DNA of 64,000 nucleotides. Origin: an uncultured virus (IMG/VR IMGVR_UViG_3300033066_001967). Lineage: Duplodnaviria; Heunggongvirae; Uroviricota; Caudoviricetes. Below are positions 1-8,422 of the stretch, piece after piece; position 1 is the stretch's first letter; each line of letters starts with the position of its first letter. The stretch lies in the IMG/VR virus record IMGVR_UViG_3300033066_001967; one strand, 5' to 3'. Made by a program: the position numbers and the translations under genes. The notes under the pieces are model-generated. The model saw only the letters and a list, made by a program, of their open reading frames with translations. It searched no databases and was not told the DNA's origin.

Positions 1-474
1 TTCCGATGGGTGTCCAACCAGGTCGACGATACCGGCTGGATACGCCAGTTCGTCTCGGGGCGCGTGCGCGGCGGCGGCTCGCGCGGCCCTGGCGTCGGCT
101 TCACCGACGGCGCGAACAGCTTCTTCAGCGGGCTCGCGGCGGACATGTCCAAGGCCGCCACCTACGAGGTCGTCAAGCGCTGCTACACCGGGCGCAAGTC
201 CGACGGCTCGCCGAGCGCGCTCTTCGGCTGCCGCGTCGTCGCGATGCTGCACGACGAGCTGCTCGCCGAGGTGCCCATCCACCGCGCGCACGAGTGCGCG
301 TTCGAGATTGCCGACGTGATGCTGGAGATGGGCAAGCGCTACTGCCCCGACGTGAAGTCGAAGGTCGAGCCGGCGCTGATGCGCAAGTGGTTCAAGGGCG
401 CGGAGTACGTCGTCAACGAGGGCGGCATCCTCGTGCCCTGGGAACCGAAGCAAGAAGAAAAGAAGGCGGCATGA
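1..474 (+). CDS. polA: Family A DNA polymerase, C-terminal part (5' truncated by window edge)
   Basis: Frame open from base 1; ANSFFSGLAADMSK (motif N-x-x-x-Q/S-G-x-A-A-D) and motif C 'MLHDELLAEVP'; C-terminal W-x-K. Confidence 0.85.
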   Translation, partial: FRWVSNQVDDTGWIRQFVSGRVRGGGSRGPGVGFTDGANSFFSGLAADMSKAATYEVVKRCYTGRKSDGSPSALFGCRVVAMLHDELLAEVPIHRAHECAFEIADVMLEMGKRYCPDVKSKVEPALMRKWFKGAEYVVNEGGILVPWEPKQEEKKAA

Positions 475-475
475 C

Positions 476-1168
476 ATGCTCAGCGGCTTGGATTTATTTT
501 CGGGCATCGGAGGTCTCACCCTCGCTCTCTCCCCGTGGGTCAAAACACTGGCCTATTGCGAAAGAGACGATTTCTCCAGAGCCGTGCTCTTGTCGCGGAT
601 GTCGAAAAACGACGTTACCCGAGCACCTATCTGGACCGACATTCGCACTCTCGGTCGTACGCAAATTGATGTGCCTATCGACATCGTCTTCGGAGGGTTC
701 CCCTGCCAGCCATTCAGCGGTGCAGCACGAGGTCGTAACACTGCACTCGACTTGTGGCCCGAGATGCGACGAGTCGTGTCTGAAATCCGCCCGCGTTTTG
801 TCTTCGCAGAGAACGTCGAAAAGAAGGCCATCGACGCAGCCGCCATCGATTTACGGACGGGGGGGGGCTATGTGGTTCGCTGCGTCCAAGTGTCCGCCGC
901 CTCTGTGGGTGCCGCGCATCAACGCGACCGGTACTGGTTACTTGCCGACGCTCACGGCGACTTCAAACTTCGCGTCGCGCTCGATGCTCAAACATCCGGG
1001 CCACAGAAGGCTCGCGATTCTCGCCAATGGCAGAAGCATCGGCCCGAGCTTTTGGGAGTGGATGATGGGCTACCCTATCGGATGGACCGTTTGTCAGCGC
1101 TGGGCAATGCCGTTGTCCCGCAAGCGGCGCGACGAGCTTTTGAATTTATGATGTGGGAGCACCCATGA
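476..1168 (+). CDS. C5 cytosine DNA methyltransferase, alpha-type polypeptide (motifs I-VIII and X)
   Basis: DLFSGIGG (I), GGFPCQPFS (IV), ENV (VI), HQRDRYW (VIII), RLSALGNAVVPQ (X); no motif IX or TRD in this frame. Confidence 0.92.
   Translation: MLSGLDLFSGIGGLTLALSPWVKTLAYCERDDFSRAVLLSRMSKNDVTRAPIWTDIRTLGRTQIDVPIDIVFGGFPCQPFSGAARGRNTALDLWPEMRRVVSEIRPRFVFAENVEKKAIDAAAIDLRTGGGYVVRCVQVSAASVGAAHQRDRYWLLADAHGDFKLRVALDAQTSGPQKARDSRQWQKHRPELLGVDDGLPYRMDRLSALGNAVVPQAARRAFEFMMWEHP
870..1151 (+). CDS. Overlapping +1-frame polypeptide carrying C5 methyltransferase TRD/motif IX-like segment (beta-subunit-like; alternative start ATG 471)
   Basis: LPTLTAT...PSFWEWMMGYPIGWT in the frame of ORF 6..1151; ATG 870 preceded by a G9 run. 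Confidence 0.65.
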   Translation: MWFAASKCPPPLWVPRINATGTGYLPTLTATSNFASRSMLKHPGHRRLAILANGRSIGPSFWEWMMGYPIGWTVCQRWAMPLSRKRRDELLNL

Positions 1169-1413
1169 CCATCGTCGGCTTCTTCGCGATGCTCCACGAG
1201 CACGGCATCCGCCGCGCCCGCCTCGTCGAGTACCTCGGCGAGCTTGAGGTCTACCTGCCTTGGTTCGGTGACCACGCCGCGTTCAAAGCCGAGGTCGAGT
1301 ACAGCAGGCCGGTCGCCGTGCAGGTCACGTACAAGCGACTCGCCTTCTGGCGTTGCTGGTTCCGACCGTACCAGCACGTCAACATGATGCACCTCGGCTG
1401 GAGGCGACTGTGA
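1165..1413 (+). CDS. Hypothetical protein
   Basis: ATGA overlap with upstream stop; GC-rich third codon positions. Confidence 0.6.
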   Translation: MTIVGFFAMLHEHGIRRARLVEYLGELEVYLPWFGDHAAFKAEVEYSRPVAVQVTYKRLAFWRCWFRPYQHVNMMHLGWRRL

Positions 1414-1511
1414 ACTTCGCCGCCGGCTTCGTCTGCGGCCTCGCCGCTTCGCCTCTCGTCTTCTGGGCGCTCATCCTCACGGTGATGCTGCTCCGCAGGC
1501 GCCTCAGATAG
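1410..1511 (+). CDS. Small single-TM membrane protein
   Basis: GTGA coupling; hydrophobic FAAGFVCGLAASPLVFWALILTVMLL followed by RRRLR. Confidence 0.45.
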   Translation: MNFAAGFVCGLAASPLVFWALILTVMLLRRRLR

Positions 1512-1558
1512 GACACCCGCGCGGCACGTCGCCGCGCTCGTCAACAAGGGACAAGGAC

Positions 1559-1945
1559 ATGAGAATGAATAAGCTAGCCTCCGAAATCGAACGCCGCCTC
1601 CTCGCATCGCCCGAGGGCCTCACGCACGCCGAGCTGGCGAAGGCCACCGGCTACCCGGAGCCGTCGGTGCGCCGCGCGCTCCAGGTCATCCGCGCCGGCA
1701 AGCCGCGCTTCAAGGCGGGCCAGGGGATGTTCGACATCGTCGAGAAGGGCTCGCTCATGCGCGGCGTGACGCAGCCGAAAATCTGGGTCGTGAAGTGGCG
1801 CGAGGCGCAGGCCACGCGCTCCTATGACCCGACCGAGGTGAAGGTCACCATCACCGGCGAGGACGGCACCAAGCACGAAATCAAGAGCAGCGTCGAGCAC
1901 GTTCGCATCGAGAGCGAGCAGTTCCCGATGAAGGAGTCTGCGTAA
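1559..1945 (+). CDS. Helix-turn-helix DNA-binding protein
   Basis: GLTHAELAKATGYPEPSVRRAL HTH pattern; RBS AAGGA upstream. Confidence 0.7.
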   Translation: MRMNKLASEIERRLLASPEGLTHAELAKATGYPEPSVRRALQVIRAGKPRFKAGQGMFDIVEKGSLMRGVTQPKIWVVKWREAQATRSYDPTEVKVTITGEDGTKHEIKSSVEHVRIESEQFPMKESA

Positions 1946-2322
1946 TGAAATTCAAGGCGACAGAAGAACAGGTGAGGCAGATGGCGGTCAACGCCATCAA
2001 CGCCTCGCGGCAGTTCGGCATGGGCTTCTTGCAGTCGGGTGCCGAGGCAACGCTGGAGGAAGTGAAGACGGACAAGGTGAGCGGCGGCAAGCGCCGGCTC
2101 TCCGTCGACTACTTCAACGGGCGCATGGTGAAGTTCCACGCGCTCGAAATCGGCGACGGCGTTTGGGAGGCGTGGCCGGACCTGCCGCGCTTGGATTATC
2201 AGTCGTGGTGCGGGCAGTACCCGACGATGAAGATGCTGCTCAGCTCGGTCATCACCGAGAGCACCGAGGCGCTCGACGCGGCCATCGTCGAGTACGAGAA
2301 ACCGGACCGGGTGTTCCCATGA
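1945..2322 (+). CDS. Hypothetical protein
   Basis: TAATG coupling; coding-like codon bias. Confidence 0.65.
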   Translation: MKFKATEEQVRQMAVNAINASRQFGMGFLQSGAEATLEEVKTDKVSGGKRRLSVDYFNGRMVKFHALEIGDGVWEAWPDLPRLDYQSWCGQYPTMKMLLSSVITESTEALDAAIVEYEKPDRVFP

Positions 2323-3218
2323 GCAAGCCATTCAAGCCGATGCTCGCGCCGCCGGACCTGCCGGACTTCGCGACGCTCAAGTACCCCATCATCGCGAGCC
2401 CGAAGCTCGACGGCATCCGCTGCGTGCTGCCGCAGGGTAAGGCGCTCTCGCGCTCGCTCAAGCCCATCCCCAACCCGCAGCTCCGCGCCATGCTCGAACG
2501 CGCGCGCATGTGCGACGGGCTCGACGGCGAGCTGATGATACCCGGCGCGACGTTCCAGCAAATCACCAGCGCGGTGATGGGCCGCAGCGTCGACCCGGAC
2601 ATCACCGCGAGCATCACCTACAACGTGTTCGACCACGTCCACGACGACGCCAAGTTCCAGATACGCTACGCCCGCGCCGCGCTCCAGGTGGAGCAGGCCT
2701 CGCGCGCGTGGCCGGCGCTCAAGCTGGTGAAGCACACGCTCATCCGCGACGAGAACGAGCTGGTGCTCTACGAGCACGAGATGCTCGCCGCCGGCTACGA
2801 GGGCATCATGCTGCGCGACCCGAACGGCCCGTACAAGTTCGGGCGCGGCACGCTCAAGGAGGGCTGGCTGCTCAAGGTCAAGCGCTTCGAGGACGCCGAG
2901 GCCACCGTGGTCGGCTTCGAGCAGATGATGGTCAACGAGAACGAGGCGCAGACCAACGAGCTGGGCCGCACCAAACGGTCGAGCGCCAAGGCCGGGCTCG
3001 TACCGTTCCCCGCGCTCGGCGCGTTCATCTTGGAGCGGCCCGACGGCGTGCGCTTCAACTGCGGCTCGGGACTTAACGACGACCAGAAGGCGGAGTTCTG
3101 GGTGCGCCGCGCGAAGCTCATGGGCGCGACGGTGAAGTACAAACACCAGCCCCACGGCGCGAAGGATGCGCCGCGCTCGCCGGTCTTCCTCGGCATCCGC
3201 GCGCCAGGTGACATGTGA
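2319..3218 (+). CDS. lig: ATP-dependent DNA ligase
   Basis: Motif I SPKLDGIRC, LDGEL, VFD, EGIMLR, LLKVK and OB-fold CGSG...VKYK...PRSPVF. Confidence 0.95.
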   Translation: MSKPFKPMLAPPDLPDFATLKYPIIASPKLDGIRCVLPQGKALSRSLKPIPNPQLRAMLERARMCDGLDGELMIPGATFQQITSAVMGRSVDPDITASITYNVFDHVHDDAKFQIRYARAALQVEQASRAWPALKLVKHTLIRDENELVLYEHEMLAAGYEGIMLRDPNGPYKFGRGTLKEGWLLKVKRFEDAEATVVGFEQMMVNENEAQTNELGRTKRSSAKAGLVPFPALGAFILERPDGVRFNCGSGLNDDQKAEFWVRRAKLMGATVKYKHQPHGAKDAPRSPVFLGIRAPGDM

Positions 3219-3481
3219 GCGACGGAGAGTTCCCGGTGCCGAAGGTCACGCGCGTCGAGTACCTGACATACGCCGGCAACGGCGAGAGGCTCGTCAGGGT
3301 CACGAGCGACGCCATCGCGCAGCTCATCAAGAACTACGCCGTCAGGGCCAAGAGCTGGGTGCTGCGCACCAACATCGAGTTCACCTCCGGCATGACGGAG
3401 TTCTGGACACCACACGGTCGCGTGCGCGTCGAGAGCGTGGTGAGCGAACGCAAGTGCTTCGAGCTTACGGAGGAAGCGTGA
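3215..3481 (+). CDS. Hypothetical protein
   Basis: GTGA coupling with ligase stop. Confidence 0.55.
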   Translation: MSDGEFPVPKVTRVEYLTYAGNGERLVRVTSDAIAQLIKNYAVRAKSWVLRTNIEFTSGMTEFWTPHGRVRVESVVSERKCFELTEEA

Positions 3482-3693
3482 ACGTCGAACTCATCAAGAC
3501 GATGACCAAGGTGCAATGCTACGTCCACGGCCTGCGACTCGCCGCCCTCGAAGTGAACAAGCTCCAGCCGAGCGAGTACGACGATAAAGGACAGCGCGAC
3601 TGGTTGTGGGAACAGAAGCGCAAGGTGTGGCTCGAATGCCGTGAGGCTATCATCGCGCTGATACCAGACGACCCGAAGGAGCGCGGCGAGTAA
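3478..3693 (+). CDS. Hypothetical protein
   Basis: GGAGG RBS, GTGA coupling. Confidence 0.55.
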   Translation: MNVELIKTMTKVQCYVHGLRLAALEVNKLQPSEYDDKGQRDWLWEQKRKVWLECREAIIALIPDDPKERGE

Positions 3694-3802
3694 GCCACGT
3701 GATAAGCATGAAGAGTGAAACTACTTATATGCGGGCTCTGCGGCAGCGGCGTGCTCGCCGACTTCTGCGTGAATCCCGACTGTCCGAGCACGAGGAAACT
3801 AC

Positions 3803-4045
3803 GTGAGCAAGCCAGAACAAAAAAGGAAGTACCGCATCCGCACGCACCGCGCGCGGGTGGCGGCGGAGATGTTGAGGCGCTTAGAGCGCTCGCCGAGCGT
3901 TCGTATACTGATGGCGGAGGTCCGCCACCAAGCGGCGCAGCTCCAGCGGACGTTGCTGGACATATACGAGCGCACGTTCATCGCGAAGGTGACGGGCGAG
4001 GACCTCGACAAGTTGACCCGCCTCTACGGGTTGGAGCTGATGTGA
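3803..4045 (+). CDS. Hypothetical basic protein
   Basis: GAGGA RBS, GTG start; overlaps an alternative frame, so boundaries are uncertain. Confidence 0.45.
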   Translation: MSKPEQKRKYRIRTHRARVAAEMLRRLERSPSVRILMAEVRHQAAQLQRTLLDIYERTFIAKVTGEDLDKLTRLYGLELM

Positions 4046-4428
4046 CGCACGAAGAAGAGCTGGAGTTCCTGAAGGCCTGCGGCGCGAAGCTCAGCGAGCT
4101 GACCGCCGACAAGTTCCTCGGCACTGCGATGGTGATGTTCTTCCCGAGCAAGCGCATCCACTGCATCAGCAACCTGCAACCCGAGCGGGCACAGTCGCTG
4201 CTCGCGCACTACGTCGCCTCGGCGCGCGGCGAGAACGGCAGCGCGTACGTGCGCGAGAGCGCGTGGCTGCACATGTCCTATCAGCAGGTCGACGGCGTCT
4301 CGACGTCGTCGGTGCTGGGTGCAAGCTCGACGAAGGACCTCGCCGAGGCGTGGCTCTCGCGCCAGGCCGAGCCCAGCAAGCAGCGCTGCTACGGCATCGA
4401 AGAGGTCAAGGTGGACTGCGATGACTAG
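4042..4428 (+). CDS. Hypothetical protein
   Basis: GGAG RBS and GTGA coupling; 3' part of ORF 3715..4428. Confidence 0.55.
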   Translation: MTHEEELEFLKACGAKLSELTADKFLGTAMVMFFPSKRIHCISNLQPERAQSLLAHYVASARGENGSAYVRESAWLHMSYQQVDGVSTSSVLGASSTKDLAEAWLSRQAEPSKQRCYGIEEVKVDCDD

Positions 4429-4654
4429 GCCATTCAGCATGGAGTGCGGTTGCTGCGGTCACGTCGTCGGCTTCCGCACCTTCGCGGTGCCAGACGATTG
4501 GCGGCTCATCAAGGGCGCGGAGGACGTGGCGCTCTGTCCCGACTGCGTGAAGAAGGCTGAAGCCTCGTGTGAGCACAAGGTCGAGAAGCACGTCGAGGGC
4601 ATGTACGTGCAGTGCCAGGCCTGCGGGCGGCAACGCTACGTGGTGATGCTGTGA
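4421..4654 (+). CDS. Small zinc-finger protein
   Basis: CGCC...CPDC...C-x-H...CQACG. Confidence 0.6.
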   Translation: MTRPFSMECGCCGHVVGFRTFAVPDDWRLIKGAEDVALCPDCVKKAEASCEHKVEKHVEGMYVQCQACGRQRYVVML

Positions 4655-4872
4655 CCGACCTCTTCGACGTCATTTACGATTGTGAAGAATGCGGCGGCGA
4701 GGTGACGGTCTACCTTGGCGGCGCGCACGGATTGAACGCGAAGCGAGCAAAGAAGAAAATGCAAAAAGAACAAATCGAGGGTGTTCGCGCGCGAGTCGTG
4801 CCGACCGACTACCGTCGCTACTACGGAGGCACAGAGAAGCGATGCAAGTGCCCGCGCCTGGTGTTCGCGTGA
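4651..4872 (+). CDS. Small zinc-binding protein
   Basis: CEECGG...CKCP; GTGA coupling. Confidence 0.5.
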   Translation: MTDLFDVIYDCEECGGEVTVYLGGAHGLNAKRAKKKMQKEQIEGVRARVVPTDYRRYYGGTEKRCKCPRLVFA

Positions 4873-5435
4873 CCGTCTACGTCGGCATCGACCCCGGCGT
4901 GCACGCGTGCGGCATCGCCGCGTCGGACAAGTACGCTATGCTCGGCGCGCTCTGGGCTCGCACCGACACGAAGGACGCGCTCGCCGAGGACGTCGCGGAG
5001 GCTGCTCTACGCGGTCTGCGTCTCGCTGTGCAATCGCGTCCGAGCGTGCGCAACGACGAGCTGGTCATCGGCATCGAGTTCCCAGAGGTCACGCGCGACC
5101 GAGCGCGCGGCGAAGCAAAGACGGAGGACCTGCTCGACTTGAGTTTCGCCGTCGGGCGCGTGTTCGAGCACCTCAAAACCAAGCTACCCGGCGCGCACCT
5201 ACTGCGTCTGCAAGTCTCGACGTGGAAACACAACGTGAAGACCGAGGTGCTCGCCAAGCGCCTGCTCGGGATGGTGCCGCCGATGGGCCTGAGCCTCGCG
5301 GAGACCAAGAACATCACGTGGCCCGCCGACAGCTACCGGCACAACGTGGTCGACGCCATCGCCATCTCGCGCTGGATGCGCGACTGGCCAGCCCGAAACC
5401 CATCAAAAAACATCAAAGATTTCGCCCGGTTGTAG
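4869..5435 (+). CDS. RuvC-like (RNase H fold) nuclease, putative Holliday junction resolvase
   Basis: YVGIDPG...IEFPE...WK...HNVVDAIAI catalytic D/E/D pattern. Confidence 0.75.
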   Translation: MTVYVGIDPGVHACGIAASDKYAMLGALWARTDTKDALAEDVAEAALRGLRLAVQSRPSVRNDELVIGIEFPEVTRDRARGEAKTEDLLDLSFAVGRVFEHLKTKLPGAHLLRLQVSTWKHNVKTEVLAKRLLGMVPPMGLSLAETKNITWPADSYRHNVVDAIAISRWMRDWPARNPSKNIKDFARL

Positions 5436-5551
5436 CCAGCCTAAAATAAATCTCATAAACTGCTTGCAGTTCTGCGGTCGGCCTGGCATACCCTTGTTGC
5501 GATGCACGGCGCGCGATGCGCCGCTTAGCACGCATAACAAGGAGCAGCAAC

Positions 5552-6673
5552 ATGGACATGATGGCGGGTAAGGCGAAACTGGAAGCGGCGATTCACACGG
5601 GGCGCACGAGCGCGATGGGGCTCATCGAGCGCCTCCACAACGAGCTGCCGGAGGACCAGCTCGCCAGGGGCTCCGCGCTGCGCTTCGGCACGCGCTCCTA
5701 TCCGCTCGGCGACGTTCGCGGCGACATTCCGCCCGACCTCGTCATGGGCGTCGGTGACCGTGGCTTGCGCATCCACAAGCACGCGCTGTCGCAACTCGCG
5801 ACCCGCGCGGGCGTGCCTGGTAGCTACCTCGCTGAGCTGGCCATCGGGCCGGAGTGGCAGCGCAAGCTCGCCGCCGGCATTCTCAACGAGCACTTCCACC
5901 AAGGCAACGCGACACAGCGCTTCTTGGTGCGCGCGGTTCGCGGCATGGCGCGCGGGGTGATGAGCGACAAGTACCGTCGCCTCGACAACCGCCCGATGGT
6001 CGACGCGCTCGCGAAGGCCGCTCAAACGATAGGCGCAGAGCCGTACTCGGGCACATTCAGTGACGTGCGCGTCGCGCTCAAGCTCATCATCCCGCGCGTC
6101 TACCTGGCTGGCAACGACGTGGTGGCCTTCGGCTTGGAGTGGGGCAACAGCGACTTCGGAGCGAGCCGCAATTACCTCCGCGCCTTCTTCCTCCGCCTGG
6201 AGTGCCTCAACGGCGCCAAGAGCGACAACAGCCTCGCGCAGGTTCACCTCGGGCGCGCCATCAGCGACGACATCGAGCTGAGCCAACGCACGATGGACTA
6301 CGACACGAAGACCACCATCAGCGCCATGAGCGACGTGGTCAACGCGCTGCTCGCACCGGCCAAGATTGAAGCGCAGGTCGCGCAGGTCAACGCCGCCGCA
6401 GCGAAGGGCGCGGACAAGGCCACGCTTCGCGCGCAGCTCGGCAAGCGGGTGACGAAGGGCGAGGCCGAGCGCATCATCGCCGCCTTCGAGTCCAACGACG
6501 TGGTCAACCTCCCGGCTGGCGACACGCAATGGCGCGCCTCGAACGCAGTGAGCTGGATTGCCGGGCAGAAGGACGTCGACGCCGACCGCCGCCTCGACCT
6601 CGAACGGTTGGCCGGCGAGTTCATCACAGGCACGCGCGAGCGCGCGGACGACAACATGGCCGAATCGGCCTAG
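5552..6673 (+). CDS. DUF932-like phage/plasmid protein
   Basis: HALSQLA...RGVMSDKYRRLDN...NSDFG...RLECLNG pattern; strong RBS AAGGAG. Confidence 0.7.
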   Translation: MDMMAGKAKLEAAIHTGRTSAMGLIERLHNELPEDQLARGSALRFGTRSYPLGDVRGDIPPDLVMGVGDRGLRIHKHALSQLATRAGVPGSYLAELAIGPEWQRKLAAGILNEHFHQGNATQRFLVRAVRGMARGVMSDKYRRLDNRPMVDALAKAAQTIGAEPYSGTFSDVRVALKLIIPRVYLAGNDVVAFGLEWGNSDFGASRNYLRAFFLRLECLNGAKSDNSLAQVHLGRAISDDIELSQRTMDYDTKTTISAMSDVVNALLAPAKIEAQVAQVNAAAAKGADKATLRAQLGKRVTKGEAERIIAAFESNDVVNLPAGDTQWRASNAVSWIAGQKDVDADRRLDLERLAGEFITGTRERADDNMAESA

Positions 6674-6730
6674 TTCGGTCTCCGAGGTGACCGTCGAGCC
6701 ATCGCTCGACGGCATCCTCGGCAATCGAAC
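6673..6730 (+). terminator. Stable hairpin after DUF932-like gene (terminator or processing site; no U-tract)
   Basis: CCGAGG-TGA-CCGTCGAGC/CATC/GCTCGACGG-CAT-CCTCGG with outer GTTCG/CGAAC. Confidence 0.5.
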
Positions 6731-6830
6731 GCCGAAAGGGAGAAGGGAACATGATGATCAGAATGAAGGTACGGGACCATTTCGAAGGTCGTGGTGAGAA
6801 TTTGAAACTTATTTATCGTCGGAGCGCGCG

Positions 6831-8180
6831 ATGACCAGCAGAACATCAAAGGCGAGAGCGCCGCGAGACGAGAAGGCCAAGACAGAGATTATTTTTGGCA
6901 GCCAACGCGGTTTAGGCGCCTACGACATCAAGCATGTGAATTCACTCGACTGGCTTGCACAGGCCGAGCCGAATTCGATCCACGCCGTCGTGACAGATCC
7001 GCCGTATGGTCTGATCGAGTACACGCCGCGTGAGTTGGACAAGCTGGAAGCCGGGCGCGGTGGAGTGTGGCGCATCCCGCCTTCGTTCGACGGGTGTCAG
7101 CGGTCGCCGCTGCCGCGATTTACGGTGCTAACGGATCGCGACCGAGCCGACATGCGCAAGCTTTTCGCGACGCTCGCCGGCCACCTAATGCGTGTGTTGG
7201 TGCCTGGTGCGCATGTGTTCATAGCGAGCAATCCGTTGGTTTCATTTCTCGTTTATGAACCGTTCATCGCGGCTGGTTTCGAGAAGCGCGGCGAGATTAT
7301 TCGTGTCGTGCAAACGCTTCGCGGCGGCGATAGACCGAAGAACGCCGAGGAAGAATTCACCGACGTAAGCGTGATGCCTCGCTCTTGCTGGGAGCCTTGG
7401 GGCTTGTTCCGCAAGCCCTGCGAAGGACGGGTGCAGGACAACCTGCGTAAGTGGAAGACTGGCGGCCTACGCCGTATTTCTGGAGAGGAACCATTTCGGG
7501 ATCTGATTCATGCGGGAGTTGCGCGTGGACGCGAACGCGAGTTGGCGCCGCACCCTTCTTTGAAGCCGCAAGCTTTGCTGCGCCAGCTTGTGCGCGCTGC
7601 GCTGCCATGTGGAGAGGGCACGATCTTGGATCCGTTCATGGGGTCAGGGTCGACGATTGCGGCGGCGTCTGCTTGTGGACTTCGTAGTATTGGTTTGGAG
7701 GTCAACAGCAAGTACTTCAAGCTGGCGGAGGCGGCGATCGAGGAGTTGGCAGCGCTCCCTATCGGGGAGGCTCCCTATAAATCCAATTCGCCATCATCTT
7801 CGCGTAGCCGTCAACGGCTCGAAGGAGGTGTTCGCGATGGTCGACTGTCCGCAATGCGGCTCGACGCTTTCGTGCGGAGAGTGGCTGTCCAACATGCGGG
7901 AGGCTCGCAACTTGGCGGTCGGCGGCCTGGCCGAGCACCGCGCGAAGTATCCCGGATGCAAACGCCCAACATTCCAGCAGGTGCGCTGATGGACCCGAAC
8001 GCGGCACTGAAGATGCTCATCGAGACGGCTGAAGCCGTCGAGTCCGATGTCGACGCGGAGAAGCAACCGAACGCGGAACTCATCGCGAAGCTCGCGGGTG
8101 CGGCGCTCGCGCTCGATCACTGGATGCGCAACGGCGGCTTTCTGCCGGCAGCGTGGACCGAGCTGCGGAGCGCGCGATGA
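6831..8180 (+). CDS. Beta-class N4-C/N6-A DNA methyltransferase with read-through C-terminal extension
   Basis: VTDPPY catalytic motif, HPSLKP, LDPFMGSGST SAM motif; MTase domain ends near 7770 but the frame stays open to 8180. Confidence 0.9.
   Translation: MTSRTSKARAPRDEKAKTEIIFGSQRGLGAYDIKHVNSLDWLAQAEPNSIHAVVTDPPYGLIEYTPRELDKLEAGRGGVWRIPPSFDGCQRSPLPRFTVLTDRDRADMRKLFATLAGHLMRVLVPGAHVFIASNPLVSFLVYEPFIAAGFEKRGEIIRVVQTLRGGDRPKNAEEEFTDVSVMPRSCWEPWGLFRKPCEGRVQDNLRKWKTGGLRRISGEEPFRDLIHAGVARGRERELAPHPSLKPQALLRQLVRAALPCGEGTILDPFMGSGSTIAAASACGLRSIGLEVNSKYFKLAEAAIEELAALPIGEAPYKSNSPSSSRSRQRLEGGVRDGRLSAMRLDAFVRRVAVQHAGGSQLGGRRPGRAPREVSRMQTPNIPAGALMDPNAALKMLIETAEAVESDVDAEKQPNAELIAKLAGAALALDHWMRNGGFLPAAWTELRSAR
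7837..7989 (+). CDS. Small zinc-finger protein
   Basis: AAGGAGG RBS; CPQCG...H...C. Confidence 0.5.
   Translation: MVDCPQCGSTLSCGEWLSNMREARNLAVGGLAEHRAKYPGCKRPTFQQVR
7989..8180 (+). CDS. Small phage protein (MDPNAAL...LDHWMRNGGFLP..W type)
   Basis: TGATG coupling; in frame with the upstream MTase ORF. Confidence 0.55.
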   Translation: MDPNAALKMLIETAEAVESDVDAEKQPNAELIAKLAGAALALDHWMRNGGFLPAAWTELRSAR

Positions 8181-8422
8181 CTGAGCGCACCAAGACGCCC
8201 GAGCTAGGACCGTGTCCGCAGTGCGGCCGCACGCAGCTCATCCTCGCGCGGATGTACAGCCGAGGCCTCCGGCGCGGATTCTTGCCGGTCGTCAGTGACG
8301 ATGCGAACTGGGCGGAGCTGGAGAAGGACCATGCGCCAGACTGCTACTGGTGGGCAACGCGTGGCATGCGCGCGCTGCCTAAGAAAGAACAACACGGAAG
8401 CGCTAAAGGAGAAAAAACATGA
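8177..8422 (+). CDS. Hypothetical zinc-binding protein
   Basis: CPQCGR...H..DC; ATGA coupling. Confidence 0.5.
   Translation: MTERTKTPELGPCPQCGRTQLILARMYSRGLRRGFLPVVSDDANWAELEKDHAPDCYWWATRGMRALPKKEQHGSAKGEKT

Noticed and set aside
6..470. Upstream part of ORF 6..1151 as a real protein
   Set aside because: It overlaps polA and reads as an Arg-rich shadow. Only the portion from ATG 471 or 870 is plausible.
3708..3806. Competing small ORFs (ATG 3708 basic peptide; GTG 3715 zinc-ribbon frame)
   Set aside because: I cannot decide which frame is real from the sequence alone, so neither is annotated.
5484..5500. TGGCAT...TTGC as a sigma54 promoter
   Set aside because: The spacing between the GG and GC elements does not fit the -24/-12 consensus.
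6782..7825. TCGAAGG direct repeats flanking the amino-methyltransferase as a target-site duplication
   Set aside because: Only 7 bp, with no transposase or terminal inverted repeats. Removing the interval does not restore a convincing gene.
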